A DNA stretch of 64,000 nucleotides from an uncultured Planctomycetota bacterium. Its GTDB lineage: Bacteria; Planctomycetota; Planctomycetia; Pirellulales; Lacipirellulaceae. The stretch is from the NCBI GenBank assembly GCA_963719315.1, contig CAVRBU010000004.1:608001-672000 (forward strand), written 5' to 3'. Numbering within the stretch: the stretch's first letter is position 1; each line of letters opens with the position of its first letter. Positions 10,523 through 20,807 of the stretch are shown here, piece by piece. Made by a program: the position numbers and the translations under genes. The notes below the pieces were generated by a model that saw only the letters and a program-made list of their open reading frames with translations, ran no database searches and was not told where the DNA came from.

Positions 10523-13500
10523 TTGGCCGGAGTGCGCAATGGCCAGCGGGCCAACCCGTTGCGGCGCGCGTTCGCGTTCGAGACGCTGGAGCCGCGGCTA
10601 ACGCTTTCGGTCGCGCCTGGCCTCGTGAGTACGCCGCAGACCTACAGCGGCGCACTCAACGGCAAGATCGTTTTTACCAGCCCTGGACACGGCTGGCAGT
10701 GGAACACGACGCTCAACCGCTATGCCACCGACCGCGGCGACAACAACGAGATCGTCGAAGACTTCGGCAACCAGGACCAAATGACCCTGTACGCCGATTA
10801 TCTGCTGCGCGCCGGCGCGACTGTCGTGCCGATGCGGCCCGTCGGACGCCAAACGAACGAGGTTGTGCTGGACAACGATTCGGCCGGTGTGACGTTCACC
10901 GGAAACTGGTCCAACAGTGTCAGCACCAAGTATTACGACGAAGACTATGGCGCCGTGGCGGACACGGTTCCCTATCGCTATGCCGGCACGGTCATAGGCG
11001 CGGAAACCGCGACGGCCACCTACACGCCCAACATTCCCCAAGACGGGTTTTACCCCGTGTACACGTGGGTCCTCTATGGTACGGACCGCACCGAGCAAAC
11101 GTATCGAATCAATCACACGGGTGGCACGACTGAAATCAAAGTCGATCACAGCAAGGTCGGTTCCGGTTGGGTCTATCTGGGCACTTACCATTTCGACGCC
11201 GGAAGCTCCAGCACGGAGGGGTCGGTGCAGATCATCAACAAAGCTTCGGTTGCAGGCAAAGTCGTCATCGCCGACGCCATCCGTTTCGGCAACGGGATGG
11301 GCGACTACATCTGGACTGCATCCGGGGCGACGACCGTTTCGGGCTATCCACGCGAGGATGAGAATTCCTACCATTGGATCGCTCGCGAGGTCGGCATCGG
11401 GACGAGCCTGGCGACGGCGATCGGATCCGGAGCGACCAACGTCTCGGCCCCGTCGAACATGGCGCAATATATGTACCACGGCAGCTTTGGCGGCGCCTTG
11501 TATATGGGCATTCACTCGAATGCGGCCGGCGGGCGCGGGGCACGCGGTTTATATACGAACAGCTCGTCCCTCCGCACGCCGAACCAGGTCAATCTGGCGA
11601 TCATGATGGCCAACCAGATCAACCAAGACATGCAAAACCTCAACGGCGTGTTCGAATACAATTGGACGACGGGCACTACGAATACGGACTCCCACATCAA
11701 TTTTGGCGAGATCGATTTAGGCCCCAGCGCCGAGATGGATGCCACTATCATCGAAGTGGCATTTCACGACGACGTGATGGATGCCGCCATCATGCGCGAC
11801 CCGGCGGGCCGCGATCAAATCGCACGTTCCATGTATCAAGGGACGCTGCAGTATTTTGCGACGTACGGCAGCCCGCTGGTGACGAACACTAGCCTGCCGA
11901 CGCCGCCGACCAACGTTCGCGCGGTCAGCAACGCGAGCGGAGCGGTAACGATAAACTGGGCAGCGGGGGCGAATACGCCGGCCAGCGTGAACGGCGCCGC
12001 GGCGACCGGCTTTCGCATCTACGCCTCGATCGATGGTTATGGCTTCGATGGCGGGACGTTTGTTGCCGGCGGCGGCGCCACGAGCGCCACCCTGACCGGC
12101 TACGATCCGGCGAAACCGTATTACTTTCGGGTCGTGGCCGTGAACGCCGGCGGCGAATCGGAGCCCTCGGAAGTCGTCACGGCGCTGCCCAGCGGCGGCG
12201 TCAAGCAAGTGCTGGTCGTCAACGGTTTCGACCGCTTCGACCGCACCCAAGATTTCCGTTATCCCTACCTCGGCGGCTTGGTGGACCGCGTTTGGTCGCG
12301 CTACAACAACAGCTTTGATTACGTGGTGCAGGTGCAATCGGCGATTCAGGGATCGAAGCCAGGCGTACACGTGGCCAGCACCAGTAATGAAGCCGTCATC
12401 AGCGGCGCGGTGAACCTGAGCGATTACGACACGGTGGTTTGGATTCTCGGCACCGAGTCGACGGCCGATCACACGTTTGACGCCACCGAGCAGTCGAAGG
12501 TCACGAGTTTTATCAACGCCGGCGGCAACTTGTTTTTGAGCGGCGCGGAAATCGCCTGGGACCTGGATCAGCAGAACAACGGCCGCACGTTCTTCGAGAC
12601 GACGCTCAAGGGCAATTACGTCAATGACGACGCCGGCACGTACACCGCCACGGCGAACGCCGGCGGCATCTTCGCCGGGATGAGCAGTTTCGTCTTTTCG
12701 AACGGCTCTTCGTTTTCCCAGCTCGACTCGCAGTATTACAACGTCGCCTACCCCGACGTGATCAACCCGCAGGCCGGCGCCGTTTCCGCGCTGACGTACA
12801 GCGGCGGCACTGGCGGTTCGGCGGCGATTCAAGTCGCGGGCACCGGTGGCAAGGGCAGCATCGTGATGTTCGGCTTCCCGTTCGAGGTGATGACAAACGC
12901 CAGCCGGCGGATGGATGCAGTGGGCCGCATTTTGGGTTTCTTCGACGTGTCGGCCCCAGCTCCGGCCGTCGATATCAAGACCCGCGTCAACGGCCAGGAC
13001 GCCGATGTGGCGCCGGGACCGACCTTGGTTGCCGGCAGCACTGCTGCCTTTACGTACATCATCACCAATCCGGGCAATGTGCCGCTGAGCAGTCTGATCG
13101 TGAAAGACAACAACGGCACACCGGGCAACGCGGCCGACGACTTCAACGCGACTTACACCACCGGCGACACCAACTCCAACGGCCAGCTCGACGTGGGCGA
13201 GACTTGGACCTTTACCGCCTCGCGAACCGTCGTTGCCGGTCAATACACGACGACCGGCACCGCCACAGCCGTGGGCAATGCTCAATCGGTGATGGATACC
13301 GACCCGGCAAATTACTTCGGCATCATCCCGGAAAACGCCGACTTCAACGGCGACGGCACGGTCGACGCCGGCGACTACGTACTGTGGCGAAACAACAATG
13401 GGCTTCCCAGCGGCGCCACGCATTCGCAAGGAGACGCGAACGGCGACGGCGCGGTGAATTCGACGGACTACGATATCTGGCGGGGCCAATACGGGACATC

Positions 13501-13933
13501 ACCCGGCGCCGGTAGCGGGGCGGGAACCGCGGCGACCGGCACGGTGGCAGCCGTACCAGTGGCCAATTTTCCCAGCGCGGCGCTCGCCGTCTCGGCGCCG
13601 GTTGCCACGGCGTCGAATGATAATGCGGCACTCCAGGTCGCATTCGCCAAAGACGCCGCGTTTGGACGACTTCGCGACCACGCAAACGAACAGCACGCGG
13701 CTCAGCTTGGAAGGTTCACACTGCGAGAATTCAGGGTCAACGAGTCCCATAGTCATTGGGTAGCTTTGCTCAATGTCCTGGCGAATCGAAAAGCCGAACT
13801 GGACTTGGCAGAGCGTCCCGCCGCGGAGACTGAGAAGCCGCTAGCAAACGACTCCGCGTCCAGCCATGATCAGCCATCAGGGGACACATTGAGACAGTTT
13901 TCTCGATCCAAATTGGCCCCGTCTGACTTGTAA
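10523..13933 (+). CDS. Large secreted N-acetylmuramoyl-L-alanine amidase (Amidase_3-like) with LEPR-XLL leader, golvesin/Xly-like insert, FN3 and dockerin-like domains
   Basis: FETLEPRLTLS leader; catalytic motifs SPGHGW, IHSNA, IIEVAFHD; ATYTPNIP.DGFYPVY..WVYLGTYHF..IADAIRF module; FN3 (PPTNV...YYFRVVAVNAGGES); DFNGDGTVDAGDY..W / GDANGDGAVNSTDY..W. True start may be ATG 10471 with a frameshift near 10500. Confidence 0.8.
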   Translation: MAGVRNGQRANPLRRAFAFETLEPRLTLSVAPGLVSTPQTYSGALNGKIVFTSPGHGWQWNTTLNRYATDRGDNNEIVEDFGNQDQMTLYADYLLRAGATVVPMRPVGRQTNEVVLDNDSAGVTFTGNWSNSVSTKYYDEDYGAVADTVPYRYAGTVIGAETATATYTPNIPQDGFYPVYTWVLYGTDRTEQTYRINHTGGTTEIKVDHSKVGSGWVYLGTYHFDAGSSSTEGSVQIINKASVAGKVVIADAIRFGNGMGDYIWTASGATTVSGYPREDENSYHWIAREVGIGTSLATAIGSGATNVSAPSNMAQYMYHGSFGGALYMGIHSNAAGGRGARGLYTNSSSLRTPNQVNLAIMMANQINQDMQNLNGVFEYNWTTGTTNTDSHINFGEIDLGPSAEMDATIIEVAFHDDVMDAAIMRDPAGRDQIARSMYQGTLQYFATYGSPLVTNTSLPTPPTNVRAVSNASGAVTINWAAGANTPASVNGAAATGFRIYASIDGYGFDGGTFVAGGGATSATLTGYDPAKPYYFRVVAVNAGGESEPSEVVTALPSGGVKQVLVVNGFDRFDRTQDFRYPYLGGLVDRVWSRYNNSFDYVVQVQSAIQGSKPGVHVASTSNEAVISGAVNLSDYDTVVWILGTESTADHTFDATEQSKVTSFINAGGNLFLSGAEIAWDLDQQNNGRTFFETTLKGNYVNDDAGTYTATANAGGIFAGMSSFVFSNGSSFSQLDSQYYNVAYPDVINPQAGAVSALTYSGGTGGSAAIQVAGTGGKGSIVMFGFPFEVMTNASRRMDAVGRILGFFDVSAPAPAVDIKTRVNGQDADVAPGPTLVAGSTAAFTYIITNPGNVPLSSLIVKDNNGTPGNAADDFNATYTTGDTNSNGQLDVGETWTFTASRTVVAGQYTTTGTATAVGNAQSVMDTDPANYFGIIPENADFNGDGTVDAGDYVLWRNNNGLPSGATHSQGDANGDGAVNSTDYDIWRGQYGTSPGAGSGAGTAATGTVAAVPVANFPSAALAVSAPVATASNDNAALQVAFAKDAAFGRLRDHANEQHAAQLGRFTLREFRVNESHSHWVALLNVLANRKAELDLAERPAAETEKPLANDSASSHDQPSGDTLRQFSRSKLAPSDL

Positions 13934-14026
13934 TTCTCTGCTCGTCGAAGCCTGAAATATCGCGTATTTCCAGCGGTTTTTTGGGAGAGGCGAAATAATT
14001 GCCAAATCACGCGGTAAAACTTCCCG

Positions 14027-14067
14027 AATTGCTTGACAAACAGAGCGATCGAAAGGCATGCTATAAG
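14027..14067 (+). promoter_or_regulatory. Putative sigma70-like promoter of the PEP-CTERM gene at 14120
   Basis: aattgcTTGACA 14027-14038, identical to 17127-17138 upstream of the paralog; catgctataag downstream. Confidence 0.45.
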
Positions 14068-14119
14068 TTGAGCCGGTTTTTCTCACCACATCATTTGCGT
14101 TTCATTCCTGGAGGGTCTA

Positions 14120-15091
14120 ATGAGATTCCGTTTGAGTTTCCTTTCGCTGGCTGCTGCATTGGCGCTGTTCAACGTATCATTCGCCGCGCCGCTCTATACG
14201 CAAGATTTCAATGTCGATGACACGGCCAATTGGACCGTGCTTCCGTCGACTGGCGCAAACGCCACCGATTACGTGGCCGATTTCTTTTATGACTACTCGG
14301 CGATTGGTGTTCCAGCCGCGCCGAATGGCACTGGCACGCGCGGCTTAAAAATGACGGTCAATAATAGCTCCGCCGTGTTCGGCGGAATCACTGTCTCGCC
14401 AAATGGTCAGAGTTTCTCGGGCAATTACTCCGTTTCTTTCGACATGTGGCAGAATTATGCTGGTCCGCTCGGTCCGGGTGGTAGCGGCACCACACAGTTA
14501 TCTCAGTATGGCATCGGCACGGCCGGCACGGCGACGCAATGGATCGGCTCCAGCCCGAAGGACAGCGTCACTTTCGGCACGACGCTCGACGGTGGGTCCG
14601 CTTCCGACTTCCGCGCTTATTCGTCGGCCGCTCCTACCTCGTATCCTTCCGGCAATGCCGTCTACCTCGCGCCCGGCGGTGCCATCAACAACAGTGATCC
14701 CTACTACATGGCGGCGTTTTTGCCGCAGTCGGCGCCGGCCGCACAAGTGCTTCTCTACCCTGGCCAAACCGGCAGCACCGATGCCGGCGAAACGAGCTTC
14801 CTGTGGCGAAGGGTCAATATTGAAGTAGCCGGCGGATTTGCAACCTGGTCGATTGATGGCACTCCGCTGGCGAAAGTGGACTTGAGCACGGTGACTTTGG
14901 GCGGCGGCAACATCCTGTTTGGTCACAGCGATACGAATTCAACCTCGTCGTCCGACCCGAACAACGTCGCACTCAATGTAACGCTAATTGACAATGTGGT
15001 GGTGGATATGGTGGTTCCCGAACCGGGCACGATTGTGCTGTGTCTCTGTGGCGCAATCGGGAGTTTGTTCATGCGGCGGCGGCGCTCGTAA
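14120..15091 (+). CDS. PEP-CTERM surface protein of unknown function
   Basis: GGAGG RBS, signal peptide, C-terminal VVPEPGTIVLCLCGAIGSLFMRRRRS. Confidence 0.9.
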   Translation: MRFRLSFLSLAAALALFNVSFAAPLYTQDFNVDDTANWTVLPSTGANATDYVADFFYDYSAIGVPAAPNGTGTRGLKMTVNNSSAVFGGITVSPNGQSFSGNYSVSFDMWQNYAGPLGPGGSGTTQLSQYGIGTAGTATQWIGSSPKDSVTFGTTLDGGSASDFRAYSSAAPTSYPSGNAVYLAPGGAINNSDPYYMAAFLPQSAPAAQVLLYPGQTGSTDAGETSFLWRRVNIEVAGGFATWSIDGTPLAKVDLSTVTLGGGNILFGHSDTNSTSSSDPNNVALNVTLIDNVVVDMVVPEPGTIVLCLCGAIGSLFMRRRRS

Positions 15092-15129
15092 AAGAGGTCG
15101 CCTCGGCAAGTTTTTGCATCTTGAGACCC

Positions 15130-15160
15130 GCCCGCGGTTGTCGACAACCGCGGGCTTTTT
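15130..15160 (+). terminator. Rho-independent terminator
   Basis: Perfect palindrome gcccgcggttg-tcga-caaccgcgggc followed by ttttt, 39 nt after the stop codon. Confidence 0.8.
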
Positions 15161-15321
15161 GTTGCGCAGTGCCGTTAGAAGGAAACGCATCGGCGCCACC
15201 GGATGTGTCGTTTTCGCCCGATCTATGTTGAGTTCTTAGCCGATCTGCCTAAAATGGCAGCAAGGACGCTGTCGCCATTTTTGATATTGCTGCCGCCGAT
15301 TCTCTCATAGGACGCCGTTCC

Positions 15322-16459
15322 ATGAAGCATTTCAACCGCCGCCCGGAAGTTGACCGCAGGGGCTTCACACTCGTCGAGTTGCTGGTGGTGATCGCGATCA
15401 TCGGCGTTCTGGTCGCGTTGTTGCTGCCCGCCGTTCAGGCGGCGCGAAGCGGCCCGCCGCGCCCAGTGTCAAAGCAACATTCACAACGCGGCGATTGCCG
15501 TGCTGAATTACGAATCGACTAACAACCAACTGCCTAATGGAATGAATACCCCGGTAGCAGAGGCTTATGCCGGCGTCATGACGATCAAAACGTACCAGGC
15601 GAATTGGATCATCGATATTTTGCCGTTCATGGAGGAGCAGCCGTTGCACGATTCGTTCGATCTCGCGGTAAAGATCAACGATCCCACGGTGAACGGCCGC
15701 AACTACATCGTGCGCGGCACTCAGATTTCGGCATTGCTCTGCCCGAGCGACGGGTATAACAACGTGCTCTATCAAGGCGCGGCCGGCTCGAATCACAACG
15801 GGAATTACGCCCGTTGCAATTACGCGGCGAACGCCGGCCGGGCATTCATTTACGGTACGACTGCCAAGCCGACACAGAAACACTACAACACCGGAAGAGA
15901 TTCGAATGGTTGGAAAGATCCTTGCTACCGAGGCGTGATGGGCGTCAACACGGCGGTGTCGTTCAAGCGGATCACGGACGGCACAAGCAGCACGATCATG
16001 CTAGGTGAGATTCGCGCCGGTCTCACGGAAAAAGACTCGCGTGGCGTATGGGCGCTGGGCCACGCGGGAACCAGTCTCCTTGCGATGTTTGGTTCCGGCA
16101 GCGACGATAGCTCCCCCAATTATTGCGGCGCTCTCGCCGACGATGTTTTCAGCGAGAATTGCTACGCCGCCTCGAGATGCCAGATCGGCGGAGGCAGCGG
16201 GCCGACGGCCGCCGAATGCATGCCTTGCGGGGGCGCGACCTATGCGGCTCAGCAAACCACTCGTAGTTCGCACCCTGGCGGCGTATACGTCGCCATGTGC
16301 GACGGAAGCGTGCAATTCGTCAGCGACGATATCGAAACCACCGGCTGCTATGGGCAATGCTGCACGCCGTGGGATTACATGATCGCCAGCGCCGACGGTG
16401 GCGCTTTGGGGCCTTACAACGGAGGCACTACGTGCGTTAACCCGCCGCCTGCGATGTGA
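15322..16459 (+). CDS. DUF1559 prepilin-type N-terminal cleavage/methylation protein; frameshift near 15445
   Basis: [31 protein letters not shown]; restoring 2 nt gives [11 protein letters not shown]; later [13 protein letters not shown] and [14 protein letters not shown] (H-X9-DG). Confidence 0.85.
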
Positions 16460-16516
16460 GACTCCCATTTCCATAGTCGTGCTGTGGCCAATCGTCAGCT
16501 TTTTTCCCTGCGCTTC

Positions 16517-17008
16517 ATGATCCAGCAAATCATTGACATTCGACGCTCTTCGTTCGTGCTCTTGGCCGCCTTGATTTGCACGGCCGGACTTGCCGGCTGC
16601 CACCACGGGCCGCCGATGGCGCGAATCCGCGGAAAGGTCCACTTCAAGGACGGAACGATTCCGCAGGGCGAGTTGGCGATCGTGAAATTCAATCCGACGC
16701 AAGAGAGCAGTGCCGAAGTTCGCAAAAGCGCGACGGGCACAATCGATCCAAATGACGGATCGTTTGAGATGAACACCCGCAAAGCCGGCGACGGCGTTCA
16801 CTTCGGCGAGTATACGGTGACGTTCACGGTCGCCAAATCGGATGGGAGATTACTCGTCGCTCCCAAATTTGCCAGGCCGGCTGAGACTCCCTTCAAGGTT
16901 ACCGTCGAACGGGATCGGTCGGACCTGGATTACGAAGTCGAGCCGGCGCCGGCCGGGGGGGCTGGAAACACGAGCGGCGCGGCCGGTGACGGTCTGGGCC
17001 CGAGCTGA
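16517..17008 (+). CDS. DUF1559-associated lipoprotein (carboxypeptidase-regulatory-like fold)
   Basis: Lipobox LAGC; IRGKVHFKDG, DGSFEM, GDGVHFGEYTVT. Confidence 0.75.
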   Translation: MIQQIIDIRRSSFVLLAALICTAGLAGCHHGPPMARIRGKVHFKDGTIPQGELAIVKFNPTQESSAEVRKSATGTIDPNDGSFEMNTRKAGDGVHFGEYTVTFTVAKSDGRLLVAPKFARPAETPFKVTVERDRSDLDYEVEPAPAGGAGNTSGAAGDGLGPS

Positions 17009-17240
17009 CGCTGGTAAAGCCCCCATACTGCGGAGAAGTGGCCGTTCGTTGCATCTCGGCATAAATGGCATGCGGCGAAGAACGCTCAAGCTCTCCTTCT
17101 TTGCAATTCTCCCAATAAAACGCAGCAATTGCTTGACACACGTGTTGCAATCGTGCCAAGATGAATAGGATATTGGAGTTACTGTTCGTACAGGCGGGCG
17201 GTTTGGTTCGGGCGACGATTTGTGCCACTGGGAGGATCCG

Positions 17241-18485
17241 ATGAGATCTAGTTTGTTTTCTGCAATGTTGGTTTTGACGCTACTGGTGCCGATGGTGGCG
17301 CGTGGGCAATTGTACACGGAGGATTTTGACGCCGATCACTCAGCCAATTGGCTGTTGAGCGCCAACGAAGGATTTGGCACCAGCCCCAGCGACGGTTTGG
17401 GAGATCCAGACGCAAGCGCCGACTTTTTCTTCGATTACAGCACGGTGGGAATTCCTTCGGCCCCACATTCCACGGGCGGCTCCACGCGGGGAATGAAGAT
17501 TCAAGCGAATCTCATCGCCGGCATCTTCGGCGGCGCAAGCGCTTCACCGGTCGGCCAAAGTTTTACGGGCGATTACAAACTCAACGTCGACGTATGGGGC
17601 AACTATGTGGGAGATCCAACGCTCGGTGTCGATCCGGGCGGGAATGGCCAGACTATGATGACGACGTATGGGATCTTGACCGACGGCGCAACGGGCGTCG
17701 TCCCCGGCGTGGCTGATGCCGTCTGGTTTGGCGCGACCGTCGATGGAGGTTCGGGCGCCGACTTTCGAGCGTATTCGATTGAAAGGACCATCAGTTACCA
17801 GGTGCCACCCGACGCCACGGTGCTCGACGGCGTGGGGCAACCGGTCGACGGGCACGCCAATTATCTTGCCGGGTCCCGTAACAATACGGCCTCGCTCTAC
17901 GCGGACAATTTCGGCGGCGCGACAGTTCCCGCGGCTCAGACGAATCTTTTTGCGGAGCAGTTCGGAACCACTCCGGCTGGCTCCACCGGCATGGCATGGC
18001 ACGACGTCGAGATCTCCAAGGTCGGCAATCTCGTGACGTGGAAGATCGACGGCGTGGAATTGATCACGCTCGACATGACGAATTTCACGACGCAGCCAGA
18101 CGGCAATAACATCTTCTTGGGCCATTCCGACATCAACGCCGGCTCCTCGGCCGAGCCCGACCGGTTCGACTTGGAATTCGCGTTATACGACAATGTGAAG
18201 GTCGAGGCCATCGTCGGCGTGCCAGGCGACTACAACAACAACGGCACTGTGGATGCAGCCGACTACGTGCTATACCGCAAGGGCATCGCACCGTTGACGA
18301 ACGAGGTCGCGGGCGTGACGCCCGGAACTACCACACCGGAAGACTATGATGCCTGGCGGGCCCGATTCGGCAATCCGCCGGGCAGCGGCAGCCTGGCCGA
18401 CGGAGCGGCGGTTCCCGAGCCGCAAACCATTGCGTTCGTGATGATTGGGCTGTTGCTGGGCGGGATTGGCCGTCGCCGCAAGTAG
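17241..18485 (+). CDS. PEP-CTERM protein with dockerin-like repeat; paralog of 14120-15091
   Basis: GGAGG RBS, signal peptide; shares ADFF.DYS..G.P.AP, SP.GQSF.G.Y and DGGS..DFRAYS with 14120; GDYNNNGTVDAADYV; VPEPQ-TM-RRRK. Confidence 0.9.
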   Translation: MRSSLFSAMLVLTLLVPMVARGQLYTEDFDADHSANWLLSANEGFGTSPSDGLGDPDASADFFFDYSTVGIPSAPHSTGGSTRGMKIQANLIAGIFGGASASPVGQSFTGDYKLNVDVWGNYVGDPTLGVDPGGNGQTMMTTYGILTDGATGVVPGVADAVWFGATVDGGSGADFRAYSIERTISYQVPPDATVLDGVGQPVDGHANYLAGSRNNTASLYADNFGGATVPAAQTNLFAEQFGTTPAGSTGMAWHDVEISKVGNLVTWKIDGVELITLDMTNFTTQPDGNNIFLGHSDINAGSSAEPDRFDLEFALYDNVKVEAIVGVPGDYNNNGTVDAADYVLYRKGIAPLTNEVAGVTPGTTTPEDYDAWRARFGNPPGSGSLADGAAVPEPQTIAFVMIGLLLGGIGRRRK

Positions 18486-18626
18486 CAAAGCTCGCTCATT
18501 GCTGGAATTCGATTACTGGTAGCTCGATAGCGGGTTCTGGCGCAGACCTGCGCAAGGGGCGACTAAACCTCGCTCTTTTTGTATTGAGTCTTTCGCTGGC
18601 TGCCCTACAATAACAAGGGGGATGCT

Positions 18627-18758
18627 CTAGTGCTTTGTCACAGCTTGATTTTAGGATTAGCCGCGGGGCGCTAGCCCCGGTTGGAGCGGCACAAACCGGG
18701 GCTAGCGCCCTGTGGCTGATGCGCCCAAGCCCAAATTTTAGCTGTGACAAAGCACTAG
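18627..18758. mobile_element. MITE-A copy 1 (terminal inverted repeats around a REP-like palindrome)
   Basis: ctagtgctttgtcacagct ... agctgtgacaaagcactag; internal gcgctagccccggtt..aaccggggctagcgc hairpin. Confidence 0.85.
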
Positions 18759-18800
18759 CTATTATTTTCTTATTGATTCCGTGCCCTCTTAGGATCTTCC

Positions 18801-19916
18801 ATGACATTTATCGTTCGCCGCCGAGGCGGCCTAGCGAAGGCATTTACGCTGGTCGAGTTATTGGTAGTGATCGCCATCATTGGCATCCTGGTAGCCCTGC
18901 TGTTGCCAGCCGTTCAGGCGGTGCGCGAAGCGGCACGGCGGAGCCAATGCAAGAACAATCTGAAACAGATCGGGCTCGGCTGCTTGCTCCACCTCGATAC
19001 GCACAAGTTCTTTCCCTCGGGCGGCTGGGGGCTCGACTGGACGGCCGATCCGAATCGCGGCTCTGGGGAAGACCAACCCGGTTCTTGGATCTACAACATC
19101 CTGCCGTATATGGAGGAGGGAACGTTGCACGATCTTGGCTCGGGCCAGGCCGTCACTAGCGCGGCGTTTAGGGACGCCAGCATCAAACGGCACCAAACAC
19201 GCGTCGCCGGTTTCATGTGCCCTAGTCGCCGGGCAGCGCAACTGTATATAGCCCACTGGGTCACCGTTCAGGAACAATCGTGGTTGCCGACAATTGCGCA
19301 AACACAGGGCGTTGCCAAAAGCGACTACGCGGCTAATTCCGGCGATTCCAGATGGATCAGCGGCGACAACTTTTACCGACCGACCAGCTACGCAAACATC
19401 CGTAGCGATTTGTGGCAACTCACGAATATTTGTGATACGACCGGCAATCCAAAGATCGACCAATATGTCCAATTTTGCCAAACTGGCGTCATGTTTTTTC
19501 GCAGTGAGCTGAAGATCGCGCGGGTCTCTGACGGCGCCTCCAAAACGTATATGGTCGGCGAAAAATGGATGCCGGCCAACGGGTACGACGGCACGAACGA
19601 CATCAATGCGCCAGGTTTCACCTACGGCGACAACCAGTCGATGTACACGGGGTATGAGTCGGACAACCATCGCGGGGCGTGGAATCTGAGATCGTCCCCC
19701 AGCTTGCAGGAAGACTCCCAGCCGGCACAGGATCGCGCCGGCGCCTCCGATCTAACGCCGGAGGAACGGCGGTTTGGCAGTGCGCATTCTTCCGCGTTTA
19801 ACATGGCGTTTTGCGACGGGTCGGTCCACAGCGTCAACTACGATATCGATCCCGTGACGCACAGCCGGCTGGCGCATCGCTATGACGGCGACCTGGTCAG
19901 CGGCCAGGACTTCTAG
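18801..19916 (+). CDS. DUF1559 prepilin-like protein
   Basis: [64 protein letters not shown]. Confidence 0.92.
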   Translation: MTFIVRRRGGLAKAFTLVELLVVIAIIGILVALLLPAVQAVREAARRSQCKNNLKQIGLGCLLHLDTHKFFPSGGWGLDWTADPNRGSGEDQPGSWIYNILPYMEEGTLHDLGSGQAVTSAAFRDASIKRHQTRVAGFMCPSRRAAQLYIAHWVTVQEQSWLPTIAQTQGVAKSDYAANSGDSRWISGDNFYRPTSYANIRSDLWQLTNICDTTGNPKIDQYVQFCQTGVMFFRSELKIARVSDGASKTYMVGEKWMPANGYDGTNDINAPGFTYGDNQSMYTGYESDNHRGAWNLRSSPSLQEDSQPAQDRAGASDLTPEERRFGSAHSSAFNMAFCDGSVHSVNYDIDPVTHSRLAHRYDGDLVSGQDF

Positions 19917-20035
19917 TGCTTTGTCACAGGATTAGCCGCGGGGCGCTAGCCCCCGGTTGGAGCGGCACAAACCGGGGGCTAGCGCCCTGCGGCTGATGCG
20001 CCGAACCCCATTTTTTAGCTGTGACAAAGCACTAG
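19913..20035. mobile_element. MITE-A copy 2
   Basis: Same terminal repeats and internal palindrome as copy 1; its left CTAG contains the stop codon of the DUF1559 gene. Confidence 0.85.
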
Positions 20036-20097
20036 CCCGCTATTGAAACAGGGGACGGGCAAGCTCGCGGGCAGCATGATGCTCGCGGCGTCTCCGC

Positions 20098-20748
20098 TTA
20101 TTGGCTCTTTAGCTTGAATTCTATCTTTTGTTTGATGAGGGCCGGATCGTCGGGGGCGATCTGCTGACCCAATGTTGTGTGCTCGTTGTAAATGGCCGGG
20201 ATCGACTCTTTGCCGTTGACCAGCTTGGAGACCTTCACTCGATAGAAGCCGAGCTGCAATCCAGGCGGCGTGTCCGGCGTCGGCCGCTTGTCTTTAGGGA
20301 TCCTCGGATAAGCCGCTCCAATCGTGTCCGTCGGGCCGCTGCCGGCCTGAATTTCACTACCCAAAAATGTTTCGGGCTCGAACGTAACGGTTGCGTCGGC
20401 CAGCGGGCGTCCATCCATTGTGACCGAGCACAGCACGCGAGCGATGCCGATCTGAGATCCCTGCCACGATCGAATCCGATCCGCGATCTCCGCAGCCGAA
20501 ACTTTTCCATCGTGGTCCGTATCGAGCGTCGCGAGGGCCGCCTTCAGCCCCGGAACTTTGTCGAGCTCTTCCGCAGCCAGGAAACCGTCGCCATCGGCGT
20601 CGTACAATTCCAGCGCCTGATTCGCCGAGCCTCTTGCGTCAATCGAAGGCGCCTCGACGCGGCCCGGCGCATTGCTGCACGAGGCAATGGGCGCCGCCGC
20701 CAGCCCGACCACGATGAACCACACATGAGACTTTCCGGAAAGCGACAT
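20098..20748 (-). CDS. Lipoprotein with paired EF-hands and a carboxypeptidase-regulatory-like domain
   Basis: IASC lipobox-like; YDADGDGFLAAEEL and LDTDHDGKVSAAEI; VTMDGRPLADATVTFEP; GFYRVKVS; IPAIYN..TTL. Confidence 0.8.
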   Translation of the reverse strand: MSLSGKSHVWFIVVGLAAAPIASCSNAPGRVEAPSIDARGSANQALELYDADGDGFLAAEELDKVPGLKAALATLDTDHDGKVSAAEIADRIRSWQGSQIGIARVLCSVTMDGRPLADATVTFEPETFLGSEIQAGSGPTDTIGAAYPRIPKDKRPTPDTPPGLQLGFYRVKVSKLVNGKESIPAIYNEHTTLGQQIAPDDPALIKQKIEFKLKSQ

Positions 20749-20758
20749 CGATGACTCC

Positions 20759-20805
20759 TATCGAGTAATGAATGCAAGTATCGAGTAATGAATGCAAGAG
20801 TAATG
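20759..20805. repeat. 20-bp tandem duplication
   Basis: tatcgagtaatgaatgcaag twice plus partial agtaatg. Confidence 0.9.
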
Positions 20806-20807
20806 TT

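Noticed and set aside
11717..13489. 590-aa minus ORF, and similar long ORFs at 32098-33579, 39832-41319 and 58293-59546
   Set aside because: Antisense shadows of well-supported genes, expected in high-GC DNA.
13330..13500. Cellulosome implied by dockerin-like repeats
   Set aside because: No cohesin or scaffoldin seen; these repeats are generic tails in this lineage.
15322..16459. Frameshifted genes as true pseudogenes or phase variation
   Set aside because: No long simple-sequence tracts, catalytic motifs intact, and a shared GCGC context points to sequencing error.
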